From Candidatus Caldarchaeum sp. (GTDB lineage: Archaea; Thermoproteota; Nitrososphaeria_A; Caldarchaeales; Caldarchaeaceae): a stretch of 64,000 nucleotides of DNA. Below are positions 56,901-64,000 of the stretch, in pieces (within the stretch, counting starts at the first letter, position 1; every line of letters starts with the position of its first letter). The stretch is taken from positions 160,001-224,000 of the forward strand of contig JAVZZH010000002.1 in the NCBI GenBank assembly GCA_038885755.1, in the 5' to 3' direction. The notes below the pieces were generated by a model. It was not told the origin of the DNA and made no database searches. It saw only the letters and a list, made by a program, of their open reading frames with translations. The translations under genes and the position numbers were made by a program.

Positions 56901-58504
56901 TAGGCACGCCTGCCTTCATCTCTAGGCTTACCATCACAACGTCCTCATCAACGCCGCCTAATCAGTATACATTAAACGTGGTTGGAACATCAGGAGGTCT
57001 CACGAGGTCAGCAACCATCGGGTTAAGCGTTACAACCCCTGAGCCAAAACACAAACTTAGGATAGCATTCCCCACAATCCCCGCAACTATCCAGACAAAC
57101 CTCTATGTGAACGGAGATTCTAGGAGGGTCTCAGGTGGAGAAACACTCGAACTTACGGTGAGAAAAGGTGAAAAGGTCACTCTACGGACAGACCCAGTTC
57201 CCGGGTATTATTCTGTTTCGTGGATATTTAAAGAACCCGACGACCTACCTCCATGGAATGGGGAAAAACCACTCGAGCTAATCGTAGATAAAGATTACAC
57301 CATCGCCTTCATCTACTCGAGCGTTGCTGAGGTCGAAGAAATTAAACGGGTAACAAAGGACACTATCATAACCGCATTAGGCACCGCAGACTCTATAAGA
57401 AGGATCATCGAGTTCGTTAGAGACGCGGGACTGAAATATGGTGAAGGGCGTATATCGCAAGCTGCTCTCATGGAAATGCTGAAAAACTACAAGTTATCGC
57501 TAAGAGTACCATACATAGGTACTGCGGTAGCCGTAGGATTCGACCTTCTCATGATTTACGAGGTTTGGGAAAGAGACGACCTAACTGTAGAGGACAAAAT
57601 TCTGCGTATAGAAGGCATTGTAGCGGGCAGGGTTGCCGCCATTTTATCCTCGGTAGGCTGCTTAATTGCAGTAGGGGCTGCTGCCGCAGCAGCAGGGGTT
57701 ACCGTTGGTCCAGGTGCAATCGTAGTTTCCGTATTCGGGTCAGCAGCATGCTCCTACATTTCTGAGAAAGTCGCTGATATAATACGTGGGGCTTGGCCGA
57801 GTGTTATGCAAACTATTTCCGCCGCATTTGAGTATATCAAATCTTTAATTCATGGAAGCCTAGACACAGCTCATGAATGGCTGGCGCTGCTATACAGGAG
57901 GTTGGTGCGAGTCTCTGCGGGATCAGATGTAAGGATTCTAGTCATCGACCAGCTAGGACGCAGAACTGGCGCAGCATACGAACAAGGTGTATGGAGGGTA
58001 TACGAGGAGATTCCTGGAGCGTACTATAGCGGTGTTGACTCACATCCGCAGACGATAATCCTAACACAGCTAGCCCAGACTCACCATCAATATGTGATCA
58101 AAGTGGTTGGCAATCAAGAAGGTGACTACAAACTCAACGTAACCGCGATAGGTATAGAGGCTAACCCATTCACATGGAGCAGTACTGGCAGTCTGAAGAG
58201 AGGAGAGCAAGACGTTTATACCATAAAGATCGCATTGGTTGAAGAAGCCAAAGAAGCAACCATCACAGAAACTCAAACAACCTCCACAGTCAATATGACA
58301 TTAACAAAGATGACTGTAGTAAAGTCCATGCCGGCAACGACGGAAACCACTCAGCCACTTACTACTCAAGTCATCACAACAATTGACGTTGGAACGTTGT
58401 TATACATCATCGGGCTCTCAATGGCCGTAACAGTGGTCCTAGCTATCCTCGGAAGAAGACGCGCGAGACGTAAGCCACAACTTATTAGAGTGCTTCCACC
58501 CTAG
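53990..58504 (+). CDS. Large mosaic cell-surface protein (Ig-like/NEW3/CARDB repeats, helical hydrophobic domain, Thr-rich stalk, TM anchor)
   Basis: Signal peptide, repeated DF...V.L.VSGLP.G...PG.Y...VTG.GGG modules, CARDB (KPDL...NEGNADA...VDPDNLIDELDETDN), C-terminal TM plus RRRARRK. Confidence 0.88.
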   Translation: MRKGPSFESVLMIVLLLTQTVLTSIDAQQITQVSRSGWLEVQQQEQFDFRIRAEPSSATVGSQVLIKGRICPTPLIDEGTYLKAETTVTRPDGGSDTMLAGLGRPQDTCSQDLIVAPITANMAGTWSVSSRAYWRSGGSRIEVTSNTITFTITTVGFTISLSALGVGIYQGESGQLTVNVESPSPQPYDVSLLLSGIPTGVSATLNPQTGRPPFSSTLRLTVSQSAAPGTYRVTVTGNGGGHTSSASFDLFIHQRVQQDPALTDVGISGADYSVPRQPPTTVSPGGRFRAWYWVNNPNNQRVTVVLGLSIRAPNGQVFHDPSNDVSCELAPQQVTICNRFFTVPSNAPAGTYDVIYGLWTADRSRQITQVSRSGWLVVQQVSFDVQPRVWSPTVQVGSSASQSFTVSASGGTVTGITISRISGPSWITINPTSLGDIAAGQSKTFTLTVSPPSGAGGQHPYTIRISSTNAGSVDISGTITVQQQEQFDFRVRIPEATKYVVAGSGTIYTIWVDLVSGSAQQVTLSVSGLPSGVTYAFGSSSGGQLWTGVPAFSVDLYINTPSSLPPGTYSFTVTGSGGGLTRSASASLVVQAGTLDGRIVSVSPTSVTANPGQSVSFNFVVENTGNVIADYHVYFSASSILGYVSGTITLNPGQQGTITLTGNVPSGAGPGTYQVDVYFQMAYRGQGWQNAQRWGSVQITVQGPQPGYTKVTIVNNDDDPIDVHLYIDGRWKGSYFGRAPGSSTTTDPIPVEGNSNHEVKIIWRDPDTSSQYEKAQTVYVSEGQTLHLTLTIDPHAPPPARKPDLRITRVDLSPYREGNRYLQGEALSIYPTIVNEGNADASNFKVNWYVDDVLIHSWPGWSLRAGESVSSLGLNWSATPGTHVIRVVVDPDNLIDELDETDNQMSVTILVEPQPQCDFSISVSPTSGSVQQGRSITFTVTVGLVSGSCQPVSLSLAGQHPSMTYSFEPSIGTPAFISRLTITTSSSTPPNQYTLNVVGTSGGLTRSATIGLSVTTPEPKHKLRIAFPTIPATIQTNLYVNGDSRRVSGGETLELTVRKGEKVTLRTDPVPGYYSVSWIFKEPDDLPPWNGEKPLELIVDKDYTIAFIYSSVAEVEEIKRVTKDTIITALGTADSIRRIIEFVRDAGLKYGEGRISQAALMEMLKNYKLSLRVPYIGTAVAVGFDLLMIYEVWERDDLTVEDKILRIEGIVAGRVAAILSSVGCLIAVGAAAAAAGVTVGPGAIVVSVFGSAACSYISEKVADIIRGAWPSVMQTISAAFEYIKSLIHGSLDTAHEWLALLYRRLVRVSAGSDVRILVIDQLGRRTGAAYEQGVWRVYEEIPGAYYSGVDSHPQTIILTQLAQTHHQYVIKVVGNQEGDYKLNVTAIGIEANPFTWSSTGSLKRGEQDVYTIKIALVEEAKEATITETQTTSTVNMTLTKMTVVKSMPATTETTQPLTTQVITTIDVGTLLYIIGLSMAVTVVLAILGRRRARRKPQLIRVLPP
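54074..55459 (+). repeat. Near-identical intragenic junction repeats
   Basis: 54074-54118 equals 55085-55129 (44/45 nt); 54109-54139 equals 55429-55459 (31/31 nt); shared core AGTACAGCAG. Confidence 0.9.
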
Positions 58505-58834
58505 CATGCTCAGGAGATATATCCTAGGAGAAAAGGGTCGAGGAGAAAACAACGAGCCTAACACCTTTTCTGGATAGAGTCTGCTAAACTGGGTGATAAA
58601 CGCTACCTGCTACGCCGGATGTTTGAGCTGCAGTGAAAGCCACTACCTCATACTCGGGACTAATATGTCGGAGAAAATATCGCCGAAGACACGCTTCTAC
58701 AGGCTATACCATGTGTTGTTGAAGCGTTTGGGCCTTCGATGCGAAGACTCCAGACGGCTCAATTGGGCAAGTTGGCAGTCTCACAGTTCCCCCTACAAAA
58801 GCTCAAGTGGAAGTTGCAGCGCATATCTTTTATA

Positions 58835-59110
58835 ATGGCAAATAGTAAGAGGGCCGTCATCTCCATTCTACTTCTCAAAACGATTACCCTATCCTTTTAT
58901 TCGCAAGTCGCGTTGGGACAAACGTCCCCAAGGCCACTTTCTGATGTTGCGAAAGTTTTCGCCCTACGAGGTGAGTCGACTAGCGTGATAGGTATAGCCG
59001 AGGCCCCTGACATGACATTCACTATAGTGATGGTGGGTAAACTGCCTTTACCTGTCGGGGCGGATAATAGTGTTCGAGGTAAAGATACAGTCTATGAAGT
59101 GGGTTTTTAG
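58835..59110 (+). CDS. Short secreted hypothetical protein or truncated remnant
   Basis: MANSKRAVISILLLKTITLSFYSQVALG resembles a signal peptide; the ORF ends after about 90 aa in AT-rich DNA. Confidence 0.35.
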   Translation: MANSKRAVISILLLKTITLSFYSQVALGQTSPRPLSDVAKVFALRGESTSVIGIAEAPDMTFTIVMVGKLPLPVGADNSVRGKDTVYEVGF

Positions 59111-59605
59111 CTGTTAATGTTAGAGAATTCTTAGATGCGAAATTTTATGTGATACAGGAAAATTGTATGAAGTATCTACTATTTTAACAGGGATAGCTGG
59201 CTCCCTTTACAAACGGGTAAACCCGGCTGTTTCCTTTCTCGAGTGGTGCAAAAAATAGCTGTTTGATTGAAACATACTTTATTGACTCCACGGCTGCTGC
59301 GAGCAGAGCAGCTTCAGCAGGTATTTCTCGCCGTCCCGCGTCAGGAGACACTTACCGGCCCTCCCCTCTCTCTGGAGAGTTGAGAGGCTGTACGGCTCTA
59401 TTAAATCCGTCTCACCGTAGACGGCGCCGAAGACGTCGCGAATCCCGACATTCTCAACCATTGCTTCAAACACAAGCTCAAGCTCATGACCGTTGGGTTT
59501 AACCACGCCCTTCACGTCTGAATGGGGTGCGTTGTTGGATTTAACCGGATGAGGCCTGACCTCATCACGGCCTTAACAGCTTAAAGCCTTCGGTTTCATG
59601 AAAGC

Positions 59606-59908
59606 ATGTGTATGAGCTACAGGAAGGGTAGGAGGCTCGAGTATGCTGTGAGAGACATTTTCAGGAGGAGGGGCTGGCTTGTTGTGAGGGCTGCCGCCTC
59701 CAAGCCCGTGGACCTTGTATGCATGAAGAAAGGCCGCACCGTTCTCGTGGAGTGCAAGTACAACCGGAGGTATGCTACGTGGCGGGAGGTCGAGCCGTTG
59801 GTCTCTCTCGCTAGGAAGGCGGGAGCCGAGCCCGTTGTCGCACTGGCGGTGAAGAGGGGGGAGCCGTCGCTCAGGTCTCTCGAAAGCTGGGATGTCTTCA
59901 AACCATAA
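59606..59908 (+). CDS. Hjc-like Holliday junction resolvase (PD-(D/E)xK)
   Basis: YRKGRRLE...GWLVVRAAAS..VDLV...VLVECK is the Hjc signature; shorter than typical Hjc. Confidence 0.8.
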   Translation: MCMSYRKGRRLEYAVRDIFRRRGWLVVRAAASKPVDLVCMKKGRTVLVECKYNRRYATWREVEPLVSLARKAGAEPVVALAVKRGEPSLRSLESWDVFKP

Positions 59909-62236
59909 ATGCGGCGGATGACTGCTTTGTACGGGATGCCGGTCTCATGGACGGTTCCCAGCCAGTCAAACCCGGCAATCAAATACACCGTGGTGTTTGA
60001 CGGGGAGAAGTTCACGTGCACGTGTCCAGACTATACGTTCAGGAGGAAGGATTGTAAGCATATCTATGCCGTCAAGCTCTCGGAGGGGTTGTTAAACACC
60101 GACATCCGGCCAGTCAAGCCTGCCAGAAAGTATGTCGAGCATCCCATGGTCAGGGAAGGCGCTGTTGAGGACAGGGATTACCAGAGGGCTATTGTGAGAG
60201 AGGCTTTGGAGGGCAACACGCTTGTCGTGCTGCCGACGGCTCTGGGGAAAACCGTCGTGGCCGAGCTTGTTGCAGCAGAGCTTCTGCACAGACATCCCGG
60301 CTCGAGGATAATGGTCATGGCTCCCACCAAGCCTCTCGCCCTCCAGCATAGAGACAGCTTCCTCAAACACCTCAAGCTTTCAGAGGATGAGGTGGCTGTT
60401 GCGACGGGTGAGACGAGGGACAGGGAGGCGCTGTGGAGAAGCCCTAGGGTAAGGGTTTTTCTCGCAACACCTCAGACGGTGTGGAACGATGTCAGGAATG
60501 GTCTGGTAGCGCTTGAGGAATACTCTCTGCTGGTCTTCGACGAGTGCCACAGGAGCAGGAGCAGGTACGCCTACACAAGGCTGGCGTCCGAATACGTCAG
60601 GAAGTGTCCGTGGCCGGTTATTCTAGCCCTGACAGCCAGCCCCGGAAGCGAGGAGGACAAGGTGATGGAGGTATGCAGAAACCTGCTGATAGAGAAGGTT
60701 GTATGGATGGGTGAGGAGGATGAGGAGGTTGCCGGATACATCCCCGGCGTCTCCGTCTCGTGGGAGAGGGTTGACCTGCCGCCCGAGTACGAGAAGGTCA
60801 GAAGTGCTGTGAAGAACATGATAGACGGCTTCGTCAAACAGCTCTACGGCTCGGGGATGTTCAAAACCCCCGCCGAAGCGGTCAACAGGAAGACTGTTGT
60901 ACAGTTCATGGGCAGGCTGAGGGCTGAGATAGACTCCGGCGTGAAAGGACGGAACATGCACTACATGGCGTTATGCTCGACCATCCTAAGCCTCTTCCAC
61001 GCTCAGGAGCTCGTGGAAAGCCAGCACATACACTCCCTCAGAAAATACCTCGAGGAGGTTTCAAGGTCGCCGCTCAGAAGCCACAGAATGCTGTCCGGAA
61101 CCCCTGAGTTCGCGGAGCTGGTGAGGCTTGCGGCCGGCGTGGAGGCCGACCATCCCAAGCTCGACAGGCTTGTCGAACTCACCGTCAAACATTTGACGGA
61201 GAAGCCGGGGGACAGGGTCATGGTTTTCGCAAACATAAGACACACGGCTGAAGTAATAGTGGCTAGGCTGAGGGAGAACGGCGTCGCCGCCGAGCTGTTC
61301 GTGGGAAAGGCCGAGGGCAAGGAAGGCCCCCGGATGACTCAGGAGGAGCAGAGAAGCATTCTTCAGAGGTTCAGAGAAGGCGGGATAAACGTTCTCGTCG
61401 CAACCTCCATCGGCGAGGAGGGCCTAGACATACCTGAATGCGGCTACGTAATCTTCTACGAGCCCGCCGTCTCAGGCATAAGATACGTTCAGAGACGCGG
61501 GAGGACGGGGAGAAAGCTTCCCGGAAAGGTGACAATCCTGCTGACCAGAAACACCGTGGACGAATACTACTTCAGAGAGGGTTATAGAAGAGCGAGGAGG
61601 ATGTCTCAGATACTGGAGAAGGTCTCGGCGAGGCTTGACGAGTTCAGGCTTTCCAGAAAAGGCCCCCGGCCTGAGCCGGGGCAGCCGTGGCCTTGGAGAA
61701 GAGCCGACACCCTCGAGATAGAGGTTCCCGAAACAGCTGCAAAGCCTGCTGCAGGCTACGCTGGAGTAGACGTGCCTGAGGTCAGGCCTGTGAAGAAAGG
61801 GCCGAGCAGCAGAGAGGTGTACCACTATGCGAGATACCTTTACAGGAAGCTTCTTGAGAAAGGTTTGGACGGGCTGTCCGAGGCTGAGGTCATGGCAGAC
61901 CCGGACCAGATGCCCGACACGATTAGAGCAGCCGTGAAACACCTAGAGCGAGACGGGCTGATAACCCGCGTCAACGGCAGGATAGTCGCCAGAGCCGTTG
62001 TCAGAAGCATCTCCGGACAAAGCATGGGAGAGATACACACAATCAGGGTTGAGAAGATATATCCCGGGTTCGCCGTGGTATGGGTTGACGACAGGTTTAA
62101 AGCACGTCTAGAGCCGGCAGCCTACAACGGACCGAGAGAGCTGATGAGAAAAGGCAGCCAGTTCAAGGCCAGAGTCCTGTTCAGAAGAGTGGACGGAGCG
62201 CTGAACATCTCTGTGCAGGACGTTGTCTCGGTCTAA
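59909..62236 (+). CDS. Hef/FANCM/Mph1-like SF2 helicase with N-terminal SWIM finger and no ERCC4 nuclease
   Basis: CTCPDY...CKHI (SWIM), RDYQ, LPTALGKT, APTKPLA.QH, DECH, LTASPG, HPK, ATSIGEEGLDI and QRRGRTGR. Confidence 0.9.
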   Translation: MRRMTALYGMPVSWTVPSQSNPAIKYTVVFDGEKFTCTCPDYTFRRKDCKHIYAVKLSEGLLNTDIRPVKPARKYVEHPMVREGAVEDRDYQRAIVREALEGNTLVVLPTALGKTVVAELVAAELLHRHPGSRIMVMAPTKPLALQHRDSFLKHLKLSEDEVAVATGETRDREALWRSPRVRVFLATPQTVWNDVRNGLVALEEYSLLVFDECHRSRSRYAYTRLASEYVRKCPWPVILALTASPGSEEDKVMEVCRNLLIEKVVWMGEEDEEVAGYIPGVSVSWERVDLPPEYEKVRSAVKNMIDGFVKQLYGSGMFKTPAEAVNRKTVVQFMGRLRAEIDSGVKGRNMHYMALCSTILSLFHAQELVESQHIHSLRKYLEEVSRSPLRSHRMLSGTPEFAELVRLAAGVEADHPKLDRLVELTVKHLTEKPGDRVMVFANIRHTAEVIVARLRENGVAAELFVGKAEGKEGPRMTQEEQRSILQRFREGGINVLVATSIGEEGLDIPECGYVIFYEPAVSGIRYVQRRGRTGRKLPGKVTILLTRNTVDEYYFREGYRRARRMSQILEKVSARLDEFRLSRKGPRPEPGQPWPWRRADTLEIEVPETAAKPAAGYAGVDVPEVRPVKKGPSSREVYHYARYLYRKLLEKGLDGLSEAEVMADPDQMPDTIRAAVKHLERDGLITRVNGRIVARAVVRSISGQSMGEIHTIRVEKIYPGFAVVWVDDRFKARLEPAAYNGPRELMRKGSQFKARVLFRRVDGALNISVQDVVSV

Positions 62237-62539
62237 ACCGCCCGCCCCGTCCACCACGGCGAAGACCCTGCCATCCCCGCCCGTCGGGAGATACAGCGGG
62301 AGAACGTTATAGACTCTGGCTGTTTCCTTCTCTTCCACACTCCATACGGCGTGAGTGTTTTTACACAACTGATTGACGGCGGCGTCGTCGAAGAATTTAG
62401 GCCTGTATTTGATGAACCGCTCCACATCCGTGGATATGATGCACGTGGATAAAACGGGATATGGCCTTTTTACCGAGCTGGAGAAAGCCCTTAGGAATGG
62501 CCACAACCGACTATATTCAGCCAGAGATGTGGATGAGCC

Positions 62540-63427
62540 ATGAGAGGTTTCGAGAGTTTTGTGAATGAAGCAGGGCGGGAAACCACGGTGGAAGAGGGCG
62601 ACAGGACGCAGAAGGAGGCCGAGCCATACCTAGCCGCAACTCTTTCCGCAGACCTGTGGAAAACCCTTCTGAATGTTCTCAAGCAGACCGATAATGCGTT
62701 GTTTATCCGACGAGCTGGATTCCACACCTACTTGTCCAAGCGGTTTTAGACAGTATCCGCGGAGAGGGGATTTTTCAGAGGGCATGCTTTTCGTCAGGGA
62801 AATGTATGATTTCCTGAAAAGCCTCGGCAACAACACACCCGTCAAATACGTTTACTCGTTAAGCCCGCATGGAGAAGGCTGTGATATATCTATCTCTGCC
62901 CAAGGAGATCTGTTGGGACACATTACTTTCTGCAGAGAGCTTGATAAGTCAGAGCCCCTGCCTATTCCTCAAGCAGAGGCTTCAACCAGCGTCAAGACGC
63001 TTAAACAGCTCCTGTCATCTTTCAGCGGAGCGATGGACGGGGTGAAGATAATCATGGGCGACGGCAGGCTGGGCCTGAAGGCGAAGACGGACGAGGGGAT
63101 AAGGGAGATGAGCATGCAGGGCGCCTGCGTGGGAAGCGACAGGGGCTACTTCAACGGTGGTTTGCTGGCCCTTCTCGTCAGACATCAGACACCAGCCCTC
63201 TAGGTAAAACCAGCTGAGGCCTTTCAGTTTCGAAGCCTGTGCTGACCAGCGCCGACGACTCCACAACGTTGCTAAGACTGCGTGTCTCTATCCTTATCCT
63301 TACTCTCACCGCAGCCTTTCTTCACCATTGTGAATATGTGGCCTATCTTCTTTCGCCTGATGAAGATGTGTCCAACCCTGCCTGTCAAAAGACGTACCCC
63401 ACATATGTTTGTCTGAGCCTTCTTTAA
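62540..63427 (+). pseudogene. Probable degraded PCNA-like sliding clamp
   Basis: Segments in broken frames: ATLSADLWKTLLNVLKQ; PSGFRQY...FVREMYDFLKSL; LPIP...SVKTLKQLL...DGVKI...LGLKAKTDEG; GYFNGGLLALLV; VAYLLSP. They follow PCNA order. Confidence 0.45.
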
Positions 63428-63528
63428 AGCTGTTTCCACAAAAGCTGGCGGATGGATTCCGAGCCACGGCGGCGAGGTCGAAGCTTTCCGGGAAAATGGT
63501 GAGGCCGTGTTTGCTGATGCTTTGTTAT

Positions 63529-64000
63529 TTAGAGTCTAAACCCCCAGACCGGCAGTATTTCCGGAAGCTTTCTTTCAAACTCTTCTCTCGTGCCCGAGAA
63601 CTTGTTCTGGCCGAGCTCAATCATGTAAACATAGTCGGCGACGGACAAGGCTTTGGTCACGTTCTGTTCAACCAGAAGTATAGTCTTACCCTCGTCCCTC
63701 AGCAGCTTTATGGTTTTGAAGACCTGTTCGAGAATCTTAGGCGAAAGCCCTGCGGAAGGCTCGTCCATTAGGACGAGGCTCGGGTTCGTTAGAAGTGTTT
63801 TCGCTATCTGCAGCAGCTTTTGCTGGCCTCCGCTTAGGTTTCCGGCCTTTTCGTTCTTTTTCTGCTCTAAACCCGGGAAACGGGAGTAGGTTTCTCTAAT
63901 CCTTTCCCTAACAAGGTTCTTGTTTCTTCTGAAAAGCCAAAGCCCTGCCATCAGGTTTTCATCTACGGTCAAGTGTGGAAAAACTCCGCTGTTTTGAGAT
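63529..64000 (-). CDS. livF: Branched-chain amino acid ABC ATPase (LivF-like), 5' end outside window
   Basis: VFPHLTVDENL, AGNLSGGQQKLL, LMDEPSAGLSP and LLVEQN. Confidence 0.9.
   Translation of the reverse strand, partial: SQNSGVFPHLTVDENLMAGLWLFRRNKNLVRERIRETYSRFPGLEQKKNEKAGNLSGGQQKLLQIAKTLLTNPSLVLMDEPSAGLSPKILEQVFKTIKLLRDEGKTILLVEQNVTKALSVADYVYMIELGQNKFSGTREEFERKLPEILPVWGFRL

Noticed and set aside
59110-59515. Minus-strand 78-aa ORF and its frameshifted continuation
   Set aside because: Probably a gene remnant, but I could not assign a family, so it is not listed as a feature.
62108-62506. Minus-strand 132-aa ORF
   Set aside because: Overlaps the helicase 3' end, has no motif and no clear start; unsupported.
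1-64000. tRNA, rRNA, CRISPR array or integrase
   Set aside because: No cloverleaf with T/D-loop signatures, rRNA-like tract, regularly spaced repeat-spacer array or recombinase motif was recognised by eye; intron-split tRNAs or small sRNAs could have been missed.

Overview
Gene-dense archaeal DNA: deoxyhypusine synthase, an aIF-2B-like gene, Hef- and Hjc-like proteins, TATA-type promoters and many overlapping genes. By inference it most resembles a thermophilic Aigarchaeota/Caldarchaeales-type TACK archaeon. About 3.7-49 kb is GC-rich backbone: purine genes guaB-purA-purB, M20 peptidases, MFS and ABC transporters, DNA-repair genes (family-5 UDG, endonuclease IV) and surface proteins. About 50-59.5 kb is visibly more AT-rich and accessory: a decayed LAGLIDADG endonuclease cut by a 105-bp inverted-repeat element, a tandem-domain Mrr-like nuclease, a propeptide-less proteasome-beta-like protein, and a 1.5-kaa mosaic surface protein with a pore-forming-toxin-like segment. 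Next come an Hjc-like nuclease, a SWIM-Hef helicase lacking ERCC4, and a probable PCNA-like pseudogene. The most striking unexplained signal is a dense cluster of GTGATATCAC-like decamers, often in 10-bp tandem phase, inside and upstream of a two-gene operon (9114-9996) that encodes a membrane-anchored winged-helix protein; I propose it as a candidate centromere-like DNA-to-membrane tethering system. No tRNA, rRNA or CRISPR array was recognised. All family calls are by-eye motif recognition; no database search was run.
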